From an uncultured delta proteobacterium (GTDB lineage: Bacteria; Desulfobacterota; Desulfobacteria; Desulfobacterales; UBA2156), in NCBI GenBank assembly GCA_963736855.1, contig CAVTQK010000009.1, forward strand, positions 64,001-128,000: a stretch of 64,000 nucleotides of DNA, given 5' to 3'. Position 1 is the first letter of the stretch. The number at the start of each line of letters is the position of its first letter. Both the position numbers and the translations under genes were made by a program. The notes below the pieces were generated by a model. The model did no database searches. It was given only the letters and a program-made list of their open reading frames with translations, and was not told the DNA's origin. Of the stretch, positions 1 through 9,265 are shown piece after piece.

Positions 1-252
1 TCGGGGTACTCGGACTGGAAGAGCCGCTTTAAAGGAGCACTTACCCGGGTCTTCAAGATCAAGATGGCGTGCGGGGGAACCGTCACTCTTACGGCGTTGA
101 TCCTGGTTTTATGGCGAACAGCGGATCCCATGATCCTGGGACAACCCTCCGCCGGCCGATGGCTCTTTCTCCTGATCCATCTCATCATGCTGACGGCTGC
201 CACTGTAGCAGGATACTATGGCGGGAAACTGGTTTTCAAGGACAAACGATAG
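1..252 (+). CDS. C-terminal part of a membrane protein, DUF2231-like (5' truncated by window edge)
   Basis: Frame open from base 1: SGYSDWKSRFKGALTRVFKIKMACG...TVAGYYGGKLVF; hydrophobic helices and the GxxGGKLVF ending typical of DUF2231. Confidence 0.6.
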   Translation, partial: SGYSDWKSRFKGALTRVFKIKMACGGTVTLTALILVLWRTADPMILGQPSAGRWLFLLIHLIMLTAATVAGYYGGKLVFKDKR

Positions 253-279
253 TCCTGCCTCACAGGTTGACGGCTTTTT

Positions 280-2268
280 CTATACAGGCTGCTGCTCCGT
301 TTTTCTCTTTTGCAACTGATAGAGCAGTCCCACCGCCAGAATGCCGAGTCCGGTGACATCGGTTAAAGCGCCCGGATCGATCAGCATGAGGCCGGCTATA
401 AAATACAAACCCCGTTCGAACCAGTTCATATTCGTAAGAAAAAAGCCGATCATGGATGCCCCGATCGCCGTCATCCCGATACAGGAGGTAATGAGGGTTT
501 GGATAAGGCCGATGGCCGTGGTCCCGATCCAGAGCATGGATGGATTGTAAACGAAAATGTACGGAACGATAAAGGCGCCGATGGCAAGCTTGGTGGCAAT
601 GAGTCCTGTCATCATGGGGTTGGATTTGGCGATCCCCGATCCGGCGTAGGCAGCCAGTGCCACCGGAGGTGTGATGTCGGCGATGATTCCAAAGTAGAAG
701 ACGAACATGTGGGCCGCCAACGGGTGAACTTTAAGCAGGATGAGGGCCGGGGCCGCGATGGTGGATGTAATGATGTAATTGGCCGTCGTCGGTGCGCCCA
801 TTCCGAGGATAATCGATGTAATCATGGTGAAAAAGAGTGTCGGGAGCAGGTATCCGCCGGCCAACTCCACCAGACCGTTTGCCATCTTGAGCCCCAAACC
901 CGTAAGGGTGATCACCCCGATGATGATCCCGGCGGAAGCACAGGCTAAAGCGACCCCGATGGCGTTTCGGGCACCCAGCTCAAAGGCATCGGCGATCTCT
1001 CTGAAGCTCATGCGGGTCGATTTGCGTAAAGCCCCTGCAAAAATGCAAACCACCAGACCCATGAGCGCCGCGTAAAGCGGAGTAAATCCCATCCCAAGAA
1101 ATGCCACAATAGCGAAGAGAGGGAAAAACAGATGTCCCCGTTCCCGCATCACCGTACCGAATCGGGGCAGTTCGTCCCGGCTTAATCCCCTCAGCTTGCA
1201 GCGTTTGGCCTCGAAGTGGACCTCCATAAAGACGCCGAAGAAATAGAGGCAGGCCGGGATGGCCGCCGCCTTGGCAATGTCTAAATAGGGGATGTTTAGG
1301 AATTCGGCCATGATGAAGGCCGCCGCCCCCATGATCGGCGGCATGATCTGACCGCCGGTGGAGGCCGAAGCCTCCACTGCAGCCGCAAATTCAGGTCGGT
1401 ATCCCAAGCGCTTCATCATCGGAATAGTCAAGCTGCCGGACTCTACCGTGTTGGCCACCGAACTGCCGGACACGGTGCCTTCCAGGGCGCTCGTAATGAC
1501 GGCCATCTTGGCCGGACCTCCGGAAGCCCAGCCGGCTACCGCATTGGATACATCGATGAAGAGCTGCCCGAGACCTGTTTTTTCCCGGAAAGAACCGAAG
1601 AGGATAAAAAGATAGATAAAGGTCGCTGCCACCCCTAATGGAATACCCAATATCCCCTCGGTGGTCAGATACATGTGGGAGGCGATGCGCTGTAAGGAAT
1701 AGCCTCGGTGCTCCATGAAGCCCGGGAAAAAGGCTCCGAAATAGGCATATATCAGGAAAAATGCGGAAATGCAGACGATCGGAAGACCGACCACCCGACG
1801 GGTCGCCTCCAAGGTCAGCAGGATGCCGAATCCCGCAAACACATAGTCCACATCGGCATAGTCCCCTCCGGCTTCCATGATGCGGGTATAGTTGAAGGCC
1901 ATATAAAGGCCCACATAGGCTGCGAGAGCAGCCAGCAGGTAATTATACCAATTCAGACGATCGGAGCTCTTGAAGGAACGAAACGGAAACAACATAAACG
2001 TTAAAACAAAGGCAAAAGCCAGATGAACGGAGCGCTGGAGTTGGGCAGGCAAAAGCCCGAAGGCCGCCGTGTATACCTGAAAGACCGACCAGCCTACTCC
2101 GATAACATAGACGATCCAGCGATGAAATCCGCTGAGTTTTCGGGCGGATGACTCCTTGTCGACTTTTTTCAGGATCTCTTCGATTTCTTCTTTGGATACC
2201 GCCTCCACACCTTCCATTCGGGTGGTCAGCATGCCTGAACTGGCCTTATCTTTCTCCGATTCTTTCAA
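280..2268 (-). CDS. TRAP transporter 4TM/12TM fused permease (TAXI type)
   Basis: 662 aa polytopic membrane protein with GGPAKMAV, GSSVANT, ASTGGQIMPPIMGAAAF and DITPPVALAAY motifs. Confidence 0.95.
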   Translation of the reverse strand: MKESEKDKASSGMLTTRMEGVEAVSKEEIEEILKKVDKESSARKLSGFHRWIVYVIGVGWSVFQVYTAAFGLLPAQLQRSVHLAFAFVLTFMLFPFRSFKSSDRLNWYNYLLAALAAYVGLYMAFNYTRIMEAGGDYADVDYVFAGFGILLTLEATRRVVGLPIVCISAFFLIYAYFGAFFPGFMEHRGYSLQRIASHMYLTTEGILGIPLGVAATFIYLFILFGSFREKTGLGQLFIDVSNAVAGWASGGPAKMAVITSALEGTVSGSSVANTVESGSLTIPMMKRLGYRPEFAAAVEASASTGGQIMPPIMGAAAFIMAEFLNIPYLDIAKAAAIPACLYFFGVFMEVHFEAKRCKLRGLSRDELPRFGTVMRERGHLFFPLFAIVAFLGMGFTPLYAALMGLVVCIFAGALRKSTRMSFREIADAFELGARNAIGVALACASAGIIIGVITLTGLGLKMANGLVELAGGYLLPTLFFTMITSIILGMGAPTTANYIITSTIAAPALILLKVHPLAAHMFVFYFGIIADITPPVALAAYAGSGIAKSNPMMTGLIATKLAIGAFIVPYIFVYNPSMLWIGTTAIGLIQTLITSCIGMTAIGASMIGFFLTNMNWFERGLYFIAGLMLIDPGALTDVTGLGILAVGLLYQLQKRKTEQQPV

Positions 2269-2769
2269 GGCGTCAATCCATCTCTTATGAAATCAAGGAT
2301 CCGAATTTGGCAAACCCTCAGGGTTACAGGGGTCCCGGGTTCCGATAGATCCGAAAGCCGGATCTACTTTGTCTTTAAGATGCAGCTTGTGTTCCGCCGT
2401 CCATCCGACCCGAACGGTAATTTCCGGAACAGGGCGGTTGGTGCTCCATTCCAGCCATCCGTCTTGGGCCAGGGTGAGCGTTCCCTCTTTTGTGGATGAG
2501 TCCGGCATACCGGCACCGAATGCATCGAATCGGGATTTTACGATTACAAGATAATCTTTTTCCACCCGCAGCGTATCATAGACGGGACGCTTGTTGACAG
2601 AGTGCGTGAACGAGAGGATGAATTCCTCGCCCAGGCGCATCCGGGTGTATCTCAAGACCTTTCCGTTATCATCATTCCGGATCTCGAGGACCCGGATAAA
2701 AGGGCACCCTAAAAAGAAGACGACTGCCGGAACAAGCAAAAGAAGGCTGATAACGAGTCCGCGTCTCAT
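2265..2769 (-). CDS. DUF1850-family TAXI-TRAP accessory protein (probable frameshift near 2365)
   Basis: FTHSVNKRPVYD...FGAGMP motif, lies between TAXI binding protein and permease; shifting frame near 2365 gives IRLSDLSEPGTPVTLRV...* with the stop overlapping the permease start (track ORF stops at 2293). Confidence 0.8.
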
Positions 2770-2831
2770 AAAAAATGGGCGCAGCCTCTTTTGGGGAAGA
2801 AGGCCCTGGAGGCCGCGCCGTTGATCGGATT

Positions 2832-3782
2832 CTATTTCATTGCGCCTTTTTCTTTATAATACTTGACGGCGCCCGGATGGAATGGAATGGATACACCCTG
2901 AACCGCAGTCTGCAGATTCAGTTCCTTTCCTTTGGCATGGGCGGCAGCCAGATCGGCCTGGTTGTCGAATAAGGCTTTGGTGAGCCCATACACGACGTCT
3001 TCTTTCAAACTGTTGCCTGCAATGAGGACTGCATTTACAGCCACCGTGGTAACTTCTTGGGTCTGATTTTTATACGTATTGGCGGGAATCTTGGCGACAG
3101 CGAGGAAGGGGTATTTCTGGATCAGTTTTTTCGCCTCATCTCCTGAAATGTCCAGAATCCGGACATTGTGCTGGGTGCTGATATCCATGATGGCGGCATT
3201 GGGAATGCCTGCCGTCACGATGAAGGCGTCGATGTGCTTATCCTTGAATTGTTCGGCGCTCTCTGAAAAAGATAAATATTGCGCATTGACATCCTCTTTC
3301 ATCAGCCCGTAAGCTTCCATCAACTGCCGGAAATTGGCCTCGGTGCCGCTCCCCGGAGCTCCCACACCGGCTTTCAGTCCTTTCAGATCCGAGAATTTTT
3401 TAACAGGACCGTCACCCCTCACCACGACCTGAATGATCTCGGGATAGAGGACGGCGATCACGCTCATGTCCTTGAGGGGCTCTTTGAAAGCCTCTTTGGC
3501 ATTAAAAGCAAAATCCAGGGTGTCGCTCTGAACCAATGCGAGTTCGACTTCTTTCTTATTGATCAGACGGATATTTTCGCCGGATGCACCGGAAGTCTGA
3601 GCAGTCACGTTCATACCGGGAATCTTGGAGTTCCAGATTTTTCCCATGGCACCGCCGAAGGGATAGTAGGTTCCGGCAGTCCCGCCGGTTGCCAGAACAA
3701 GCTTTACATCAGCCGCATAAACCGACGCAAACGCCCCCAACAAAAAAAGACACACCACACCTAAAGCAATCCGTTTCTTCAT
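2832..3782 (-). CDS. TAXI-family TRAP solute-binding protein
   Basis: Signal peptide, ATGGTAGTYYPFG, SGASGENI, GAPGSGTE and C-terminal PFHPGAVKYYKEKG. Confidence 0.95.
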   Translation of the reverse strand: MKKRIALGVVCLFLLGAFASVYAADVKLVLATGGTAGTYYPFGGAMGKIWNSKIPGMNVTAQTSGASGENIRLINKKEVELALVQSDTLDFAFNAKEAFKEPLKDMSVIAVLYPEIIQVVVRGDGPVKKFSDLKGLKAGVGAPGSGTEANFRQLMEAYGLMKEDVNAQYLSFSESAEQFKDKHIDAFIVTAGIPNAAIMDISTQHNVRILDISGDEAKKLIQKYPFLAVAKIPANTYKNQTQEVTTVAVNAVLIAGNSLKEDVVYGLTKALFDNQADLAAAHAKGKELNLQTAVQGVSIPFHPGAVKYYKEKGAMK

Positions 3783-3936
3783 TTACTCTCTCCTTTTCAT
3801 GTTTGACTTCGTTTTTGCGAGGTTCGCTTTTTTACGAGTGACCAAGATAGTGACCCGAATGAGCATCCTGTCTATGTTCCAATTATCGAAGACGGAAAAT
3901 ATTGTCAATATGGACCGCAAGTTGAGTCTTTAAGAA

Positions 3937-5703
3937 TCATGCTTGAATAAAATACTGTTCTGAATCTAAAAAAATACGGGATTGGCCGACTGTGGCGGCT
4001 GCCTGACCTTGGGACTGCTTTTGAATCTTGACCCAAGTGTCCCGGAGCGTCACGATCCGGTTAAAGACAGGCTTACCGGGTTTTGAATCAACCGGATCCG
4101 CGAAAAAATATCCCATTCTTTCGAACTGGTACCGACTTCCCGGTTTTGCCTCGGAAAGACCCGGCTCCAGCTTGCATGAGGGAAGAACCGATAGAGAAGC
4201 CGGGTTGATCCGGCTTTTAAAATCCGAGACGTCCCTGCCCTCTTCCGATTCGGGCAGATCGTTGAGGAGGTAATCGTATAAACGCACCTCGGCCTCGAAG
4301 GCATGGGGAGCGCTCACCCAGTGAAGGGTTGCCTTGACCTTACGGCCGTCCGGAGCATCTCCGCCCCGGGTGGCCGGATCATAGGTGCATCTGACCTCAA
4401 CAATTTCTCCTGTCTGTGCATCCTTGACAACACCCACACAGGTAAGGAAATAGGCGTATCGCAGTCTGACCTCCCGACCCGGGGAAAGCCGGAAATACTT
4501 CTTGGGGGGATCTTCCATGAAATCGTCGCGTTCAATATAGATTTCCCGTGAAAAGGGGACCTGCCGGGTTCCCATGCCGGAGTCTTCGGGATTGTTGACG
4601 GCCTCGAGCATCTCCGCCTGCTGCTCCGGGTAGTTCTCGATGACCACTTTCAATGGCCGCAGCACAGCCATGACCCTGGTCGATATGCGGTTAAGGTCCT
4701 CCCGGACGCAATATTCCAAAAACGCGATGTCGACGGTGCTGTCGCGTCGGGCCACGCCGATCCGATCGCAAAAATTACGGATGGCTTCCGGAGTATATCC
4801 CCGGCGCCTTAAGCCCGAAAGGGTCGGCATTCGGGGATCGTCCCATCCGGTGACATATCCTTCCTCAACGAGCCGGATGAGTTTTCGCTTGCTCAGCACC
4901 GTCCGGGTGAGGTTGAGACGGGCAAATTCGATCTGTTGGGGGTGGTGAATCCGCAGCGCCTCAAGAATCCAATCGTACAGGGGTCGGTGGTCTTCGAATT
5001 CAAGGGTGCATATGGAGTGCGTGACCTTTTCAATGGAATCACATTGTCCATGGGCAAAATCGTATGTGGGATAAATGCACCACTTTTTTCCCGTGCGGTG
5101 ATGCTCGGCAAACAGGATCCGATACAGGACCGGATCCCGCAGGTTCAAATTGGGAGAAGCCATGTCGATCTTGGCCCGCAGCACGTGGGTACCCGGTTCG
5201 AATTCGCCCTTCCGCATACGCTCAAACAAGTCGAGATTTTCATCCGTGGATCGGTTTCGGTATGGGCTTTCTTTGCCGGGAGCCGTCAGGGTTCCCCGGT
5301 ATTCCCGGATTGCTTCGGCGCTCAGGCTGTCCACATATGCCTTCCCTTCTTGGATCAGCTGAACGGCATATTCATAGAGGGTGTCGAAGTAATCCGATGC
5401 ATAGTATTCTCGATCCTCCCAGTCGAAACCCAGCCAGCGAACATCCGCCTTGATGGACTCCACGTACTCCTGTTCCTCTTTGGTGGGATTCGTGTCGTCG
5501 AATCGGAGGTTGCATTTCCCTTTGAACTCGGCGGCCAGCCCGAAGTTGATACAAATGGATTTGGCGTGTCCGATGTGAAGATATCCGTTGGGCTCGGGGG
5601 GAAACCGGGTCTGCAATATTCCGTCCCATTTCCCGGCTTTTTGATCTTCTTGGATGATGTTTCGGATGAAATTCGATGCGGGCTTCAACTCCTCGGAAGC
5701 CAT
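3937..5703 (-). CDS. glnS: Glutamine--tRNA ligase
   Basis: [17 protein letters not shown] (HIGH), [22 protein letters not shown]; start placed at ATG 5703 after GGAGA RBS. Confidence 0.97.
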   Translation of the reverse strand: MASEELKPASNFIRNIIQEDQKAGKWDGILQTRFPPEPNGYLHIGHAKSICINFGLAAEFKGKCNLRFDDTNPTKEEQEYVESIKADVRWLGFDWEDREYYASDYFDTLYEYAVQLIQEGKAYVDSLSAEAIREYRGTLTAPGKESPYRNRSTDENLDLFERMRKGEFEPGTHVLRAKIDMASPNLNLRDPVLYRILFAEHHRTGKKWCIYPTYDFAHGQCDSIEKVTHSICTLEFEDHRPLYDWILEALRIHHPQQIEFARLNLTRTVLSKRKLIRLVEEGYVTGWDDPRMPTLSGLRRRGYTPEAIRNFCDRIGVARRDSTVDIAFLEYCVREDLNRISTRVMAVLRPLKVVIENYPEQQAEMLEAVNNPEDSGMGTRQVPFSREIYIERDDFMEDPPKKYFRLSPGREVRLRYAYFLTCVGVVKDAQTGEIVEVRCTYDPATRGGDAPDGRKVKATLHWVSAPHAFEAEVRLYDYLLNDLPESEEGRDVSDFKSRINPASLSVLPSCKLEPGLSEAKPGSRYQFERMGYFFADPVDSKPGKPVFNRIVTLRDTWVKIQKQSQGQAAATVGQSRIFLDSEQYFIQA

Positions 5704-5920
5704 ACCCTGTCTCCTTAACAGTTCAGTTGCGCCGCCGGTTGCAGCGAATCGCACTACCGGCAATCCCTATGGTAAAAATTCATCCAAGTCAAATTCTAAG
5801 AAGTTTTTTCGCGAACCATGCCTAAACGTATTCAAATGTCCTGTTATCATTCTTTTTTTCTATACCATGTCATGTTTTTATTCAACTGCAGGGTATGCAA
5901 TGGACACAAAAGGAAGGATT

Positions 5921-5994
5921 TGGCTGAGGGACTAGGATTCGAACCTAGATTAACGGGGCCAGAACCCGTTGTCCTGCCGTTAGACGATCCCCCA
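5921..5994 (-). tRNA. tRNA-Gln (anticodon CTG)
   Basis: Reverse complement TGGGGGATCGTCTAACGGCAGGACAACGGGTTCTGGCCCCGTTAATCTAGGTTCGAATCCTAGTCCCTCAGCCA: cloverleaf, GGTTCGAATCC T-arm, anticodon stem ACGGG/CCCGT around TTCTGGC, encoded CCA. Confidence 0.97.
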
Positions 5995-6134
5995 GAATAC
6001 ATATATTGGACTATTATAATTGACGAAGTTGCAAGGCGTCAAGTCGAATTTGCCCGACTGTCTAGAACAAATAAAATGTCCGGTTTCAAGATCGAAGCGC
6101 TTGGTGGATTTCAATTTAAAAAAAAGGGGGGGAA

Positions 6135-6749
6135 TTATCGGGACAGGGCGATGAGCCGGTAGACGACCATTCCGGACAGCCAGGCAACGTCCTCAGGGGA
6201 AAGGATCGTTCCGATGCTTCGGTCAAAAACAATGTTGGCCTCAGGTGCGAATTCATCATCACCGGCCCATAGAATGAGCCGGATGGGAACTCTGGGGAAG
6301 GGAAACAGTTCGAATGCGCTGTCTCCTTCTTGGATTTCAGATGCACCGAGTCTTTCTGCGGCCCGTTTCAGTCCTGCGGCGTCGGAGCCGAAGACCTTTT
6401 TCAAGGGTTCCACGGCCCGCTGGACAAAGGCGCTGTAGTAAAAGGAAGCACCCGGGATCTCCCGATAAGAAATCCATCGTCCTTCAGGAGACCCTGATTT
6501 GCTTCCAGCCATGTAATGAAGGATCAATACTTGTTCCTGGATCGGCACGTCTTTTTGCGGTACATCCCTGTCCTTGAAAGAAAATTCCGGAAAACCGACA
6601 CGATAGACCCGATTTAGGAAAGGGACGATGAAGGTATTTTCATTTTCCCGCAAAAACGCTGACCGGTTACAGATCTCCATAAATGGTTCCGCCGCCAGCG
6701 TGGCGGCGGCAAGGTTTCGGGATGCGATATAATCGTCGATGCGGGGCAT
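6135..6749 (-). CDS. DUF3786-domain protein
   Basis: LILHY, WISYREIPGASFYYSAF, FPRVPIRLILWAGDDEFAPEANIVFD, LSPED pattern; family commonly found near corrinoid enzyme genes. Confidence 0.85.
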   Translation of the reverse strand: MPRIDDYIASRNLAAATLAAEPFMEICNRSAFLRENENTFIVPFLNRVYRVGFPEFSFKDRDVPQKDVPIQEQVLILHYMAGSKSGSPEGRWISYREIPGASFYYSAFVQRAVEPLKKVFGSDAAGLKRAAERLGASEIQEGDSAFELFPFPRVPIRLILWAGDDEFAPEANIVFDRSIGTILSPEDVAWLSGMVVYRLIALSR

Positions 6750-6760
6750 GATCTTTGCCT

Positions 6761-6904
6761 TTAAGGGTATTGGATGCCGGCGAAATCGCTAATTGCGACG
6801 CTCGTTTTGCGGACTTCGCTCCTTCTAACTCCTGCGATCCAACGAGAATGTGTCCATTCAACTTCTGCGCCGGCTCCGATGAAAGGCCGGCATCCAACCC
6901 TTAA
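6761..6904. repeat. 144-bp element with terminal inverted repeats (MITE/REP-like or structured RNA)
   Basis: TTAAGGGT(AT)TGGATGCCGGC at 6761-6781 pairs with GCCGGCATCCAACCCTTAA at 6886-6904 (19 bp, 2-nt bulge). Confidence 0.6.
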
Positions 6905-6915
6905 GACGGGATCGT

Positions 6916-7797
6916 CTAAATTTCCAACCAGGAATCCGAATACAGAGTCTTTCCAAGGATGACGTTGACCGTCTTGGCGTAATCCCGCATCTCCTTGGAA
7001 AGGCTTTTCATATCCGGTTCCTCACCGTCCATTATCTTGTAGATCAGTTCGACGATATCCGGACGCTTGCCCCTGGCAATGGCGGTGAGTGGATCGTCAC
7101 GCGGATCGGAGATCACCGATTGCATGCCGCATTTTTGCAACATCACCATGTAGGTCTGGTTCAAAATCGGCCGCAGGTGATCGGGTGGCCCATTGGAGAT
7201 GTTGGATAAACCGCAGGTGCTCTTGACTCCCGGGCAAATGTCAGGGAGCATCTTTTGGAACTCCATCAGGCTGATGGCCTGGGGCTGCTGGATGTTAACC
7301 GGCGTAACAATGCCGTCCACCCAAATGTTCTCATTGGGAATACCCGCCTCATTAGCGAAGAAGACCAACTCTACACACAAAGCGGCCCGCTCGTTTTCGT
7401 CCCTTGGCAAACCCTCCGGGCCCCACATGAGAGCGACGAAACTCGCATTGTATTCGGCAACCATAGGGACCATCCGCTGGTAGCGCTCCGGTCGCACCAT
7501 GATGGAGTTGATGATCGGAGGAAGCTTGCAGACTTTCAATGCTGCTGCAATGGCATCAATATTTGAGGTGTCTAAAACCAAGGGAATGTCATCGACGACT
7601 TCCTGGACCGTCTTTACCACCCATGGCATGAGTTCGTGACCATCCTTCTTGGCAGGGCCCAGGTTGATATCGATGTAATCCATGCCCTTCGCCTTCTGGA
7701 AAAGGGCCTCTTCCTGAATCGGCTTCGGATCGCGCTCCTTAAATGCCCGGCCGATCGTTCTCGAAATGACGTTTAAGCTTTCACCAATCAGTAACAT
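6916..7797 (-). CDS. acsE: Methyltetrahydrofolate:corrinoid/Fe-S protein methyltransferase (pterin-binding)
   Basis: LLIGESLN, DYIDINLG, LDTSN, IINS, STCGLSNISNG; directly downstream of acsC. Confidence 0.9.
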   Translation of the reverse strand: MLLIGESLNVISRTIGRAFKERDPKPIQEEALFQKAKGMDYIDINLGPAKKDGHELMPWVVKTVQEVVDDIPLVLDTSNIDAIAAALKVCKLPPIINSIMVRPERYQRMVPMVAEYNASFVALMWGPEGLPRDENERAALCVELVFFANEAGIPNENIWVDGIVTPVNIQQPQAISLMEFQKMLPDICPGVKSTCGLSNISNGPPDHLRPILNQTYMVMLQKCGMQSVISDPRDDPLTAIARGKRPDIVELIYKIMDGEEPDMKSLSKEMRDYAKTVNVILGKTLYSDSWLEI

Positions 7798-7840
7798 GTC
7801 GCCTCCTTTGGGTTGACAAGTGACGGCTTTAAGCCTTCCT

Positions 7841-9181
7841 TTATCGTGACCGGAGGAAGCCGGGGATATGGGCCGCCTCCCGGGGACCTACAGTCACGGT
7901 CCATCCCGACAATTCTTCTTCCATGTCGCCGGCGATTGCCGCCGCATATCCGGGAATGATCACCTCTTTCTTTTTGATTTTGTTTTCGATGCCGCTTTTT
8001 TTCACGAACATGCCGACGTCGTCGCCGGCAAACTTCCCGGCTGCCCATGCGGTCATGACCGAAAGCCCCTCGGAATCCTTGATCAAAAGCCAGGACGGGA
8101 TCTTGCTTCCCTCAATTTCGCCGGATACGATGAAGTACGTCAGCGCGAAGTTGGTGGTAACGAGGACCGGGGAATCTTCAGTCGGATTACCGATCTCGTA
8201 AATCCCCTGGGTCACGGTCATGGGACGCTGCGGGTCGGTATAGATGTTGAGGCGTTCCAGGAGCATCGGGAAAAGCGATTCTCCCGCAAAATCGGAGAGG
8301 ACGATGATTCCGCCGTATTTTGCCACGAACATGGCTGCGATCAGGGTTTCCATGTCCAGGTTGGAGGCCATTTCGCAAGGGAAGACGATGGTGGGGAACC
8401 CCACCTTGCGGTTTAGGTTTTTAAGGGCCGCACGACGGATGGCCACCTGATCCTCCAGGGCTTTTTTGATCTTGCGGGAACCTGGATCCAAGACCAGGTC
8501 TTTGAGCCCCATTCCTGTCAGCTTGTCGGTAAGCGGAATGAGTCCTTCGATGGAGTCGGCCTTGACGGCCAGCGGCAGATCGTTTTCTTTTGCCAGTTTG
8601 CCGAAATCTTCCGCATTGGCCGCAGTGGCGGCGTATATGAGGGGTCGCTTAAATAAGCAGGCTTCGATCCCTGCCTTCATGACCTTGGGATCTTCCGACA
8701 TCAAAACGAGATTGAACTCCGAAGTTTCGGCGATGGTCTTGGCCTTTTTCGCAAATGCCGCCGCATTGCCGTTGACGTCTTTCAATGCCACCACTTCCGG
8801 ACGCAGGTTAAGCCCGACGCGTTCGAACTGAAAGGCATTCCATGCTTTGAGTTTGACTTCCAGTTGAGTGTCGTCCATGTCGGATTTCACCAGCGCCGCC
8901 AAGACGGGCTTGTTATAAAAGGTCTTTTCATGGCGGCAGAGGACCGTTTCACCGCCCACCGTGAACGCCCGAACTCCTTTTCCGATGGCGACCGGACGGA
9001 TAGGAGGCGCAGACGCCTCCGCCAGTTGCGCCCTGGCTTCCTCCGAAACGTACGGGCAGCTGTCGAGTTCGGCTTTTCCGGAGGCCAGGTTCATGGCAAA
9101 GGCAAGGCAGGTGGGAACACCACACTCCTTGCAGTTGGTTTTCGGCAGGAGCTTGAAGATCTGAATACCGGTTAATGCCAT
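7841..9181 (-). CDS. acsC: Corrinoid Fe-S protein large (gamma) subunit
   Basis: MALTGIQIFKLLPKTNCKECGVPTCLAFA...CPY 4Fe-4S motif, NIYTDPQRP, TTNFALTYF, GLSVMTAWAAGKF. Confidence 0.97.
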   Translation of the reverse strand: MALTGIQIFKLLPKTNCKECGVPTCLAFAMNLASGKAELDSCPYVSEEARAQLAEASAPPIRPVAIGKGVRAFTVGGETVLCRHEKTFYNKPVLAALVKSDMDDTQLEVKLKAWNAFQFERVGLNLRPEVVALKDVNGNAAAFAKKAKTIAETSEFNLVLMSEDPKVMKAGIEACLFKRPLIYAATAANAEDFGKLAKENDLPLAVKADSIEGLIPLTDKLTGMGLKDLVLDPGSRKIKKALEDQVAIRRAALKNLNRKVGFPTIVFPCEMASNLDMETLIAAMFVAKYGGIIVLSDFAGESLFPMLLERLNIYTDPQRPMTVTQGIYEIGNPTEDSPVLVTTNFALTYFIVSGEIEGSKIPSWLLIKDSEGLSVMTAWAAGKFAGDDVGMFVKKSGIENKIKKKEVIIPGYAAAIAGDMEEELSGWTVTVGPREAAHIPGFLRSR

Positions 9182-9220
9182 TTTTTTCTCCTTATCAGGC
9201 TTGAAAATATCCATATCCGG

Positions 9221-9252
9221 GGAACGGGGTCTTTTTACGGGACCCCGTTTCC
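9221..9252. other. Intercistronic stem-loop between acsB and acsC
   Basis: AACGGGGTC (9223-9231) / GACCCCGTT (9241-9249) perfect 9-bp stem; no clear U-tract on the transcribed minus strand. Confidence 0.55.
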
Positions 9253-9265
9253 GAAGGCTCTAATC

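Noticed and set aside
5921..5994. tRNA as a prophage or island integration site
   Set aside because: No integrase nearby and no duplicated tRNA 3' end seen in the window
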